From positions 1 through 11,546 of the forward strand of contig MGLW01000070.1 of assembly GCA_001794905.1 (NCBI GenBank): 11,546 nucleotides of DNA, in the 5' to 3' direction. Below, piece after piece: positions 1 to 7,892 of the stretch. A model generated the notes under the pieces. That model made no database searches. It was not told where the DNA came from and was given only the letters and a program-made list of their open reading frames with translations. The DNA is from Chlamydiae bacterium RIFCSPHIGHO2_12_FULL_49_11. Its GTDB lineage: Bacteria > Chlamydiota > Chlamydiia > Chlamydiales > 2-12-FULL-49-11. The stretch's first letter is position 1. Each line of letters opens with the position of its first letter. The position numbers and the translations under genes were made by a program.

Positions 1-1157
1 TCCATCATCTTCCGCACTACTTCCTGCCGGAGAGCAGGGCTATCACCGCCCGAAAGGTGCCGGTAATACTTGAGTGCAAACTCAAGAAAAGGCATGGCAG
101 AGCCGAGCACATTGTCCATTTGCCCTTTCAGATGCCTTCGCAAGAAAGAATCGGGATCTTCCCCTTTGGGAAGAAGGGCTGCACGAGCTTCAACGGCCGC
201 GCACTGGAATAGTTGCCCGACTTTGAGGGCGGCAGCATGGCCCGCTTTGTCACTATCAAAGAGAAGTATCGCCTTGGAGATGCCTAGCTGCACGAGCTTT
301 TTCACGTGAGCCTCGCCGAAAGCGGTCCCGAGAGCTGACACGGTGTTTTCAAAACCGGCATATTGCATGCGGAGCGTATCGATTTGCCCCTCGGTGATGA
401 TCGCGACCCCTTCGCGGGCAATGGAAAGACGTGCCGAGTCGAACCCGAAAAGGACGCTTCCTTTATGGAAAAGGGGGGTTTCGGGAGTATTGATATACTT
501 GCCACCCGTGCTTTCCTTCTTATAATGGCGCCCTGAAAACCCGATCACCGCCCCCTGGTAATCGCGGATCGGGAACATGAGGCGGGAAATAAAAAAACAG
601 TGATTCTGCCTCTGCTTCATCACAAGACCCACCTCTTTCAGAAGTGGGTTTTCCTTGCCGAGCATTCCCACGATGAGCTCCGGATCGAGAGGGGCAAGGC
701 CAAGCATAGAGCGTTCAATGAATTCCAGGGAAATGCCGCGCTCGAACAGATATTTTTGCGCCTCTTTCCCCTCTTCGGTAAAAAGAAGGTGCAAGTGAAA
801 AAGCCGGGCAGCGTTCAGCATGAGTTCTTTCATTTCCTTGACCGGAATTTTTTCTCCCGCCTCTTCTGCCCTTTCAAGCCGGACCTGGAATTTTTCGGCT
901 AAAAGCTCGATCGATTCAATGAAGGAAAGTTTCAGGTATTGCATGATAAAACCCATCGCATCGCCGTGGGCATTGCAGCCGAAACAATGGTAATGATCCG
1001 GATAGACGTAGAAAGAGGGAGTCTTTTCCTGATGGAACGGACAGCATGCCTTGAACTGGGCTCCGTATTTTTTGAGGGGCATATAAGAGCCGATAAGTTC
1101 GATAAGATCGACTTTCGAACGGAGCTCTTCGACGGAGGCTGTTGCATAGAGCGGCAT
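1..1157 (-). CDS. dnaG: DNA primase (N-terminal ~385 aa; continues past the left edge)
   Basis: Hand translation from the ATG at 1157 (MPLYATASVEELRSKVDLIELIG...) has no stop down to position 1. Motifs: CHC2 zinc finger CCPFHQEKTPSF...YHCFGC, RLMFPIRD...VIGFSGR, GKYINTPETPLFHKG, TOPRIM EGQID, ALGTAF, LLFDSDKAG, GEDPDSF. Confidence 0.98.
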   Translation of the reverse strand, partial: MPLYATASVEELRSKVDLIELIGSYMPLKKYGAQFKACCPFHQEKTPSFYVYPDHYHCFGCNAHGDAMGFIMQYLKLSFIESIELLAEKFQVRLERAEEAGEKIPVKEMKELMLNAARLFHLHLLFTEEGKEAQKYLFERGISLEFIERSMLGLAPLDPELIVGMLGKENPLLKEVGLVMKQRQNHCFFISRLMFPIRDYQGAVIGFSGRHYKKESTGGKYINTPETPLFHKGSVLFGFDSARLSIAREGVAIITEGQIDTLRMQYAGFENTVSALGTAFGEAHVKKLVQLGISKAILLFDSDKAGHAAALKVGQLFQCAAVEARAALLPKGEDPDSFLRRHLKGQMDNVLGSAMPFLEFALKYYRHLSGGDSPALRQEVVRKMM

Positions 1158-1206
1158 ACAAATACAATTGTACACATTTTTAACAATGCGTGATACAATA
1201 TTTGTA
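1158..1206. promoter_or_regulatory. 49-bp bidirectional promoter region with a TACAAT -10-like hexamer on each strand
   Basis: Plus strand: TGaTACAAT (hexamer 1194-1199, extended -10 TGn), 7 nt before ATG 1207. Minus strand: TACAAT (1172-1167), 9 nt before the dnaG ATG. No SD on either side and no well-spaced -35. Confidence 0.55.
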
Positions 1207-1662
1207 ATGGAAAAGCATAGAAAAATTTACACAAAACTTCCGCAGGCAGGATCTGCCTTCGCTTCCACGATCCAGCAAGCCAACACGGCAAGTCAAAACA
1301 CGAAAAAAATCTCGGCCACTCAAACTCCGGATAAAGGACTGAAACACGAATATAAGAAAGCGTTTCTCCCGCTCCTGATCGAGGTATATGAGATGCGCCA
1401 GCTTCTGGATAACAGGAAACTGAATCGCTCCACTTCCCTCAATCTGTTTGCCGATGCGCGCTCGCCCGAACAAGTGCTGGAGAAATTCTTGATGCTGCAA
1501 AAAGATGTCGAAGAAACTAAGCGGTGGTGCGACGGCGCTCTCAAACAAATCGAAAAGGGGATCATGGAGGCGCGCTCCCTGGTCAACGAACCTGCCGGAA
1601 ATGTGGCTTCTACAAAACGGAGTTGGATAAAAAGATGGATCGATTGGCTTTGGTATGAGTAA
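1207..1662 (+). CDS. Hypothetical protein (151 aa): low-complexity N-terminus, helical/coiled-coil core, Trp-rich amphipathic C-terminus
   Basis: Fills the gap between dnaG and mutS, and its stop overlaps the mutS start (ATGAGTAA, 1655-1662). The ORF track starts it at 1168, but ATG 1207 is preferred because earlier starts fall inside the divergent promoter region. A hypothetical gene between dnaG and mutS matches the chlamydial gene order as I recall it. Confidence 0.8.
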   Translation: MEKHRKIYTKLPQAGSAFASTIQQANTASQNTKKISATQTPDKGLKHEYKKAFLPLLIEVYEMRQLLDNRKLNRSTSLNLFADARSPEQVLEKFLMLQKDVEETKRWCDGALKQIEKGIMEARSLVNEPAGNVASTKRSWIKRWIDWLWYE

Positions 1663-3988
1663 TAATCTGACCCCGATGATGCGCCAGTGGCAAGAGTGCA
1701 AGCAAAAAGCAAGCGGCGCGCTCCTCCTGTTTCGCCTCGGCGATTTTTACGAAGCTTTTTTCGAAGATGCCGCCGTGTTATCCAAGGCCGTCGGCGTCAC
1801 CCTCACAAAGCGAGGTGACATTCCGATGAGCGGCGTTCCTGCAATATCCTTGGAGAACTACCTCGAAAAATTGGTAGAGGGCCGCTTCTTGGTTGCGATT
1901 GCCGAGCAAATGGAACCGTCCGGCGGCGAAAAAAAACTGGTCGAAAGGCAAATCACGCGGTTTGTTTCTCCCGCCACTTTTTCGGGGGGAGACAAAGAGA
2001 GATTTTTTGCCGTTCTGTACTGCCTTAGCGCCACCTATGCCATCGCCTTCATTGACGTGCACCTGGGACGCATCTTTACCTCTCCGGCTTTATCGCTCGA
2101 AGACGCCTGCACTGAAATCCGCAAATTCGAACCTCTCGAAATCCTGGTCGACGAGCGGATCGTGCAGCAAGATTTTCCGGTGTTTACCGCACTCCTAAGC
2201 GAGATGCCGCTCCGCACCGTGGTCAAACCGCCCGAATTTTTCAGCCTGAAACACGCCGCGCTGCTGCAGGAGCCTCTCCCCTCTTCCGGAGCCCTTGCCG
2301 TTGCCCTAGACACTCTGATGCACTACCTGCGGGATTTTCTCCTTTTGGACCTTGGGAACCTTTCGATGGAATCGATTCCAAACGACAAAAGCCGGATGAA
2401 AATCGATTTCATGACTGAGAAACACCTGAATTTGCTTGGTCTTGATGCGAAAGAAAAGCAAAGTAGCCTTTTTGCCGCTCTCCATTTTTGCAAAACTCCG
2501 ATGGGAACAAGACTCCTCAAATCGTGGATGGCAAGCCCTCTCCTCGACATCGAAGCCATCGAAGAAAGGTTTGATGCCATTGAAGCGATCGAACCGTTCG
2601 GCAAAGATGTGTTTACCGCACTATCTCAGTCGAGCGACCTCGCAAGAATGGCGGTCCGCATCGGGAAGCAATCGATCGCACCCAAAGAGCTCCTCCGCCT
2701 CCATGCTGACCTGATGCAGCTCGGATTCGTGGAGCGCCTGTTAAAAGCCCTTCCGCTGCCTTATTTCACACGACTTCCTAACCCTATCAGGAGACTGATG
2801 GAATTACAGCAGCACATCCACACCGCTCTCGATCTTGATGCGGGTGCCCTCTTCAAACAAGGCTACGATGCCAAGCTGGACCGGCTCCAAGACTTTATCC
2901 ACCGTTCCGGCGATTTTTTGACAAGCTACCAAAATCAGCTGCGCGAATCGCTCGGCATCCGGACGCTGCGCGTCTCTTACAATAATGCTTTCGGATATTT
3001 CATCGAAGTGTCGCGTGCACAAGCGGACAAAATGCCGGCCGACTTCGAGAGGCAGCAAACTCTCGTCAATGCCGAAAGGTACATTTCAACCAAACTCAAA
3101 GAATTTGAGGTACAAGCCCTCCATGCCGCCGATGAGTTCGAAGCGTACCAAAAAATGCTCTACGGTACGTTTCTCCATTCCCTCCTCCCCTTTTCACGCT
3201 CTCTGGAAGAGTACGCCGATCTGATCGCCCATATCGATGCCATTTGCAGCCTGTGTCACGCAAAGCGGCGTTATAATTTGCACCGGCCGCGCCTTTCGGA
3301 CGATCTCACCTTCACTTACGAAAACGGCCGGCACCTTCTGGTGGAAAAAGAGATCGGCAGGGACGCCTTTATTCCGAACGACCTTAGGATGGCTGAATCC
3401 GATGCCACCTTTTTTCTCATCACCGGACCCAACATGGGGGGCAAATCGACGTTCGTCCGTCAAACGGCGCTGATGGCCGTCATGGCTCAGATTGGCTCCT
3501 TTGTGCCGGCAGAAAACATGCATCTCGGCATCGTGGACCGAGTTTTCAGCCGCATCGGTGCCAGCGATAATCTCTACCGCGGACAGTCGACGTTCATGGT
3601 GGAAATGGTCGAAACGGCCGCGATTGTAAAAGGGGCAACCGAAAGATCGCTCGTGGTCCTCGATGAAATCGGCCGCGGCACCTCCACCTACGACGGGATC
3701 GCTATCGCGTGGGCCGTATCGGAAGAACTCGCACGAAAACGCGTTCGTACCCTCTTTGCCACCCACTACCTCGAACTCACCCGTCTCGAAGAAGAATTTT
3801 CAAACCTCGTCAACCTGCAAGTCACCGCAATCGAAGAAAATCAAAAAGTCGTCTTTCTCCATAAAATTATCCCCGGCATCGCCGATAAAAGTTACGGCAT
3901 CCATGTCGCTGAACTTGCCGGAATGCCACCGCACATCGTAAGACGCGCTTTTGAACTCCTTGATCAATTCGAGACGGTCAGACCATGA
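1655..3988 (+). CDS. mutS: DNA mismatch repair protein MutS (MutS1), 777 aa
   Basis: TPMMRQW, mismatch-binding LLFRLGDFYEAF, GVTLTKRG, TPMGTRLL, Walker A ITGPNMGGKSTF, GQSTFMVEM, Walker B VVLDEIGRGTST, LFATHY, SYGIHVAELAGMP. Confidence 0.98.
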   Translation: MSNNLTPMMRQWQECKQKASGALLLFRLGDFYEAFFEDAAVLSKAVGVTLTKRGDIPMSGVPAISLENYLEKLVEGRFLVAIAEQMEPSGGEKKLVERQITRFVSPATFSGGDKERFFAVLYCLSATYAIAFIDVHLGRIFTSPALSLEDACTEIRKFEPLEILVDERIVQQDFPVFTALLSEMPLRTVVKPPEFFSLKHAALLQEPLPSSGALAVALDTLMHYLRDFLLLDLGNLSMESIPNDKSRMKIDFMTEKHLNLLGLDAKEKQSSLFAALHFCKTPMGTRLLKSWMASPLLDIEAIEERFDAIEAIEPFGKDVFTALSQSSDLARMAVRIGKQSIAPKELLRLHADLMQLGFVERLLKALPLPYFTRLPNPIRRLMELQQHIHTALDLDAGALFKQGYDAKLDRLQDFIHRSGDFLTSYQNQLRESLGIRTLRVSYNNAFGYFIEVSRAQADKMPADFERQQTLVNAERYISTKLKEFEVQALHAADEFEAYQKMLYGTFLHSLLPFSRSLEEYADLIAHIDAICSLCHAKRRYNLHRPRLSDDLTFTYENGRHLLVEKEIGRDAFIPNDLRMAESDATFFLITGPNMGGKSTFVRQTALMAVMAQIGSFVPAENMHLGIVDRVFSRIGASDNLYRGQSTFMVEMVETAAIVKGATERSLVVLDEIGRGTSTYDGIAIAWAVSEELARKRVRTLFATHYLELTRLEEEFSNLVNLQVTAIEENQKVVFLHKIIPGIADKSYGIHVAELAGMPPHIVRRAFELLDQFETVRP

Positions 3989-5811
3989 AATTTGATCCTT
4001 CCGCATTTCCGACAAAGACGGGCGTCTACCTGATGAAAGACGGCCAAAAGCGCATCTTATACATCGGGAAGGCGAGGAGTATTGCAGTCAGGCTCAAACA
4101 ATATTTTTCGCTCCACGATGAGCGTGCGATGGTGCCCATGCTAATCGAACAGGTAGAAACGATCGACACAATCCTTACCCGAAATGAAAAAGAGGCCCTC
4201 CTTCTCGAAAATACTTTGATCAAACAGCACCAGCCCAAGTACAACGTCTGCCTCAAAGATGACAAAACCTTCCTCGCAATCCGGCTGAGCACCAAACGCG
4301 AGTGGCCTATGCTCGACCTTGTCCGGATGAAAGAACTGTCGTACGATCAGGGGGAAATTTTCGGACCGTACACCAGCGCCTTCTCGGCACGGAAAACGTT
4401 CGAGCTGCTCAAAAAGCTCTTCCCTCTTCGCAAATGCACCGATAAAGAACTCTACCGTCGAAAGCGTCCTTGTATTCTGCACGGAATGAAACGGTGCCTG
4501 GCCCCCTGCGTCGGGCTCTGCACTGCGGACGAATATCAAAGCACGGTACGCGATGCCATCCATTTCATGCACGGTAATACCAAAGAGGTACTCAGTGACT
4601 TGAAACGAAAGAGAGATGCCGCTGCCGAAGAGAAACAGTTTGAAAAAGCGCAAATTTATCATGAACATGTTTTGGAAATCGAGGATCTCGTCACTTCGAA
4701 AACGGCCGTCTACCCCCTCTTGCAAGGTGCCATCGACGTGATTGGTTTTTCTCGAAGCGCCGGCTACATTTTCATCGTCATCCTTTTTTTTCGTGACGGA
4801 AAGCTCACCTCTCTCGAACATCACGACTTTGCAAATGTCGTATCGGACGATGCAGGAGCCCTTACCTCCTTTCTCATGCAACATTACCAAGAAGCAGCAG
4901 CACGGCCCGACCATCTTTTTCTCCCCTTTGAAATCGAGCAGCAATCTGTTGTGTCTTCCCATCTCGGACTCAAAATCACGATTCCCAAAGCAGGCAAAAA
5001 GCGCCAACTTGTCGAGCTTGCCCGGATCAATGCGAACGAATTTTACGAACAGGAAAAAAATGCGATCGTGCAAAACGAAGATCTTCTCGCACGAATGCAA
5101 GAGACCCTCATGCTGAAAAACTTTCCCTCGCGCATCGAATGTTTCGATACCTCCAACCTCAGCGGAAAAGATGCGGTCGCCGCCATGGTGGTCGCAATCG
5201 ACGGCAAAATCGAAAAGAAAGAAAGCCGCCTTTACAAAATCAAAAATTCCGAAGGGGACGATTATAATGCCATGAAAGAAGTACTGGAGCGAAGGTACAA
5301 GAAAACCGAAAAAGGAAACCTTCCCGACATGATCGTTCTCGACGGAGGCAAAGGGCAGCTTGCCATTCTGGAAAAACTTCTTGAGAGGCATGATATCGTC
5401 ACGATCGATACCCTTGCCCTTGCCAAAGAAGAAGGCCGGCACGACAAAGGAATCACGCGGGAAAAAATCTACCGTGGACACGGCGCCGCCGCGGTTGAGC
5501 TCGACCGTTTCAGCCCCCTCCTCTTTTTCCTGCAGACGCTTCGTGATGAGGCCCACCGACGTGCCATTGGGTATCACAAAAAGCGGCGGGCAAAAACCCT
5601 CTTTCGGAGCCTCATCGACAATATTGAAGGGATCGGTCCCAGGAAAAAAGAGAAACTCATCAAAGCTTTCGGCTCGCCCAAGGCAGCCCTTCTCGCACCG
5701 GAAGAATTATTGAAAGAAACCGGATTCCTCACCGAAGCTAACATCAAAGCGTTGAAACAGAGGGCCTATTCCTCGATATTTTCATCGGGAGAAACGGAGA
5801 GTTCCTCTTGA
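3985..5811 (+). CDS. uvrC: Excinuclease ABC subunit C
   Basis: GIY-YIG GVYLMKD...LYIGKA, EALLLENTLIKQHQPKYN, Cys cluster LRKC...RPCIL...CLAPC, RNaseH-like RIECFDTSN and LDGGKGQL, RDEAHRRAI, HhH IEGIGPRK. ATGA overlap with mutS. Confidence 0.98.
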   Translation: MKFDPSAFPTKTGVYLMKDGQKRILYIGKARSIAVRLKQYFSLHDERAMVPMLIEQVETIDTILTRNEKEALLLENTLIKQHQPKYNVCLKDDKTFLAIRLSTKREWPMLDLVRMKELSYDQGEIFGPYTSAFSARKTFELLKKLFPLRKCTDKELYRRKRPCILHGMKRCLAPCVGLCTADEYQSTVRDAIHFMHGNTKEVLSDLKRKRDAAAEEKQFEKAQIYHEHVLEIEDLVTSKTAVYPLLQGAIDVIGFSRSAGYIFIVILFFRDGKLTSLEHHDFANVVSDDAGALTSFLMQHYQEAAARPDHLFLPFEIEQQSVVSSHLGLKITIPKAGKKRQLVELARINANEFYEQEKNAIVQNEDLLARMQETLMLKNFPSRIECFDTSNLSGKDAVAAMVVAIDGKIEKKESRLYKIKNSEGDDYNAMKEVLERRYKKTEKGNLPDMIVLDGGKGQLAILEKLLERHDIVTIDTLALAKEEGRHDKGITREKIYRGHGAAAVELDRFSPLLFFLQTLRDEAHRRAIGYHKKRRAKTLFRSLIDNIEGIGPRKKEKLIKAFGSPKAALLAPEELLKETGFLTEANIKALKQRAYSSIFSSGETESSS

Positions 5812-6206
5812 GGCTGCAAATCCTCTTCTTTGGCTACCAGATTTTTGAAGACAACGTGAACGGAAGAGACGTGCAAACCGGTCAGGTGCACCACATCTTT
5901 CACGATCTTCGTCTGTATCTCTTCCGACTTGGCGGGAAGAGAAATGCCATAGACAACGTTCAGTTCGACTTTGATACTGACCGAATGATTTTTCGAATCC
6001 TGTTCGACATAGACCCCTTTCACACGGTCGACCGCTTCCCTGCCCAAAAAATGGTCAAAGAAAGTCCCCTCAATGAGGGAAACCCCTTCTATAGAAGAGA
6101 GGCACTTCATCACAATGGACTGGAATACACGTGATTCGATATCCCGCACAAACACCGTGTCGGGAAAATCCAGTTCTTTAATATCTATATCTTCAAAACG
6201 ATCCAT
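5766..6206 (-). CDS. Asp23/Gls24 family envelope-stress protein
   Basis: Family-like pattern KGVYVE...VSIKVELNVVYGISLPAKSEEIQTKIVKDVVHLTGLHVSSVHVVF with an acidic tail. GAGGAG lies upstream of the ATG. Confidence 0.88.
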   Translation of the reverse strand: MDRFEDIDIKELDFPDTVFVRDIESRVFQSIVMKCLSSIEGVSLIEGTFFDHFLGREAVDRVKGVYVEQDSKNHSVSIKVELNVVYGISLPAKSEEIQTKIVKDVVHLTGLHVSSVHVVFKNLVAKEEDLQPQEELSVSPDENIEE

Positions 6207-6215
6207 AGACTCCTC

Positions 6216-6244
6216 ATTCTACACAAAAAAGGAACGAAATGCAA
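6216..6244 (-). promoter_or_regulatory. Sigma70/66-type promoter TTGCAT-N17-TAGAAT for the Asp23-family gene
   Basis: Minus strand reads TTGCAT (6244-6239), a 17-nt spacer, TAGAAT (6221-6216), then GAGGAGTCT-ATG. Confidence 0.7.
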
Positions 6245-6251
6245 ACAAAAA

Positions 6252-6752
6252 TTATTCTAGAAAGTCCCGATCGAACAGGGTCCGAGAATTGGAAAGTTCT
6301 TTGATTTTTTTCCAGTCAGCAAATTCATCGCACCAGATGTAACTTTCTTCGGTAAGAGTCCCATCTGTTGCCGCTTTGCGAAGCCCGGAAAGGGAGACGG
6401 GTCCCACTTGCTCACAGCTTTGAGTGATATAATACCACTTCAGTCCCGGATCGAAAGGCATCCGCTGCAAGGGTCGCTCAACGGGAATACCGCTCTCGCC
6501 TTCCGAATCGGGCTTAGGATACGCCGCTTCCGAATGAAAGATAGGCCTTTCTACAGCAGGATCGGGAGCCGCAGCATGCCGGTCGGGCAAAAAGAACAAG
6601 ATCAGATTGGAAAAAGGGAAGAAAAATAGGCTCAGAAAAAACCAGAGAAAAGGGTTTTTTCCCTTCGTCCGGGCATACCAGGCAGTCATGACGCTCAAAA
6701 GCATCAGAGCTGCAAAGGCAACCGCCAAGGTAGCGGGTTCGTAAATATCCAT
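6252..6752 (-). CDS. Membrane protein with two N-terminal TM segments and a C-terminal GYF_2 (DUF4339)-like domain, 166 aa
   Basis: Hydrophobic segments flank ARTKGKNPFLWF. The C-terminal WYY...EQVGPVSLSGL...GTLTEESYIWCDEFADWKKI matches the GYF_2 pattern. Start placed at 6752 (SD-like AAGGGGTGA just upstream) rather than 6800. Confidence 0.85.
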   Translation of the reverse strand: MDIYEPATLAVAFAALMLLSVMTAWYARTKGKNPFLWFFLSLFFFPFSNLILFFLPDRHAAAPDPAVERPIFHSEAAYPKPDSEGESGIPVERPLQRMPFDPGLKWYYITQSCEQVGPVSLSGLRKAATDGTLTEESYIWCDEFADWKKIKELSNSRTLFDRDFLE

Positions 6753-6771
6753 TATATCACCCCTTCTTCGC

Positions 6772-6800
6772 ATCGTATCCATGAGATCCATTTGTAGCAA
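6772..6800 (-). promoter_or_regulatory. Putative internal promoter TTGCTA-N17-TACGAT upstream of the GYF_2 gene
   Basis: Minus strand TTGCTA (6800-6795), 17-nt spacer, TACGAT (6777-6772), followed by an SD-like sequence and ATG 6752. Confidence 0.5.
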
Positions 6801-6809
6801 ACAGATATT

Positions 6810-7115
6810 TTACCAGGACGATTTGACCACGCCCGGGATAGCTCCGATGAGGGCTAGCTCCCTGAAACAAAGACGGGAAATCTTGAACTTGCGGAGGATG
6901 CCCCGAGGCCGGCCCGTGAGCTGACAGCGATTGCGGCACCGGATCGGCGAACTGTTGCGGGGAATTTTTTCCAATTTTCTTTGGGCTTCGAACTTTTCGG
7001 CAAGCGTCGTATCAAGGCTCCGGATCGTTTTCTTTAACTCTTCTCTTTTGTGGTACTTGCGATCCCTAAGGAGGGCGCGCCGTTTTTCTTTTTCCACTAA
7101 ACCTTTTCTTGCCAT
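6810..7115 (-). CDS. rpsN: 30S ribosomal protein S14, long (101 aa) type
   Basis: [37 protein letters not shown]...IPGVVKSSW. Confidence 0.98.
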   Translation of the reverse strand: MARKGLVEKEKRRALLRDRKYHKREELKKTIRSLDTTLAEKFEAQRKLEKIPRNSSPIRCRNRCQLTGRPRGILRKFKISRLCFRELALIGAIPGVVKSSW

Positions 7116-7117
7116 AG

Positions 7118-7255
7118 TTACCTCTTCTTTGCAGGACCTTGTTGTCTCTGCTTCCTGGTTGGATCTTTCTTATTAATAACGTACAATCGGCCCCGCCGCC
7201 TCACAAGTTTATCTCCCTTAGACGGGTCTGCCTTTACAGAAGCTCTAACTCTCAT
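7118..7255 (-). CDS. rpmJ: 50S ribosomal protein L36 (45 aa, no zinc ligands)
   Basis: Hand translation [52 protein letters not shown] upstream; the stop is 2 nt before the rpsN ATG. Confidence 0.96.
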   Translation of the reverse strand: MRVRASVKADPSKGDKLVRRRGRLYVINKKDPTRKQRQQGPAKKR

Positions 7256-7286
7256 TCGTTTCCTTTTCGATAAATGTTTCACAAAC

Positions 7287-7315
7287 AGCGTACCCTTTTA
7301 TCGAATTATTTACAA
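7287..7315 (-). promoter_or_regulatory. Putative rpmJ-rpsN promoter TTGTAA-N17-TACGCT
   Basis: Minus strand TTGTAA (7315-7310), 17-nt spacer, TACGCT (7292-7287), about 30 nt upstream of the rpmJ ATG. Confidence 0.55.
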
Positions 7316-7362
7316 CCTGAGTTTTGATGACACGCCATAGATTCAGGTTTATAAATATTCTC

Positions 7363-7391
7363 TGGACTTTATGATCCTCTTTCGCTATTCT
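7363..7391 (+). promoter_or_regulatory. Putative rpmH-rnpA promoter TGGACT-N17-TATTCT
   Basis: TGGACT (7363-7368), 17-nt spacer, TATTCT (7386-7391), AT-rich sequence upstream, about 30 nt before the rpmH ATG. Confidence 0.55.
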
Positions 7392-7422
7392 GTACTGTCG
7401 AAACCAATTTTGAGATGTGAAG

Positions 7423-7557
7423 ATGAAAAGGACGTATCAGCCAAGCAAAATCAAGCGGAAAAGAGTTCATGGCTTCCGTACCAGGATGGCCACTACCGCC
7501 GGTAGAAATGTTTTGAGACGCCGCCGTCAGAAAGGGCGCAAAACGTTAACCGTATAA
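7423..7557 (+). CDS. rpmH: 50S ribosomal protein L34 (44 aa)
   Basis: Hand translation [44 protein letters not shown]. Lies directly upstream of rnpA. Confidence 0.98.
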   Translation: MKRTYQPSKIKRKRVHGFRTRMATTAGRNVLRRRRQKGRKTLTV

Positions 7558-7562
7558 TCAAT

Positions 7563-7892
7563 GTGTCAAAAAAATCTTTAAAGGGAAAGGGTGCTTTCGT
7601 ACACCTGAAGCACCGGGGTGAACGATTTGGCGGCGCCGTTTTGCAATTCCGCTTTTTGCCCGGCCCGGCCCCCGGACTCGGCATCTCGATCCCAAAAAAG
7701 TGGGGGAATGCCGTACTCAGAAACCGATGCAAAAGATGGGTACGTGAAGCCTACAGGCGCCACCCCGTATCCAAACTTCCTCTTTCCCTCCATGTACTGC
7801 CTCGTAAAAGTCAAGATGCGATCGACTTTAAACGTATCGAAACCGATTTTACCCTGTTTGGTGCATGCGCCGGTTTAACCCTCAGCAGCTAG
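7563..7892 (+). CDS. rnpA: Ribonuclease P protein component
   Basis: RNR motif LGISIPKKWGNAVLRNRCKRWVREAYR, canonical position after rpmH, GTG start. Confidence 0.95.
   Translation: MSKKSLKGKGAFVHLKHRGERFGGAVLQFRFLPGPAPGLGISIPKKWGNAVLRNRCKRWVREAYRRHPVSKLPLSLHVLPRKSQDAIDFKRIETDFTLFGACAGLTLSS

Noticed and set aside
1..1157. Apparent gene-poor or pseudogene region in the ORF track
   Set aside because: Manual reading shows an uninterrupted dnaG frame. It is missing from the track only because it runs off the window edge.
4141..5577. 478-aa minus-strand ORF inside uvrC
   Set aside because: In-register antisense shadow of uvrC. Its F/D/V-rich composition reflects the sense codon bias and it has no recognisable motifs.
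6747..6792. Repeated ATGGAT and a perfect TGaTATAAT on the minus strand upstream of the GYF_2 gene
   Set aside because: The repeats are too short and irregular to be an array. The TATAAT overlaps the probable start codon, so it cannot serve this gene.
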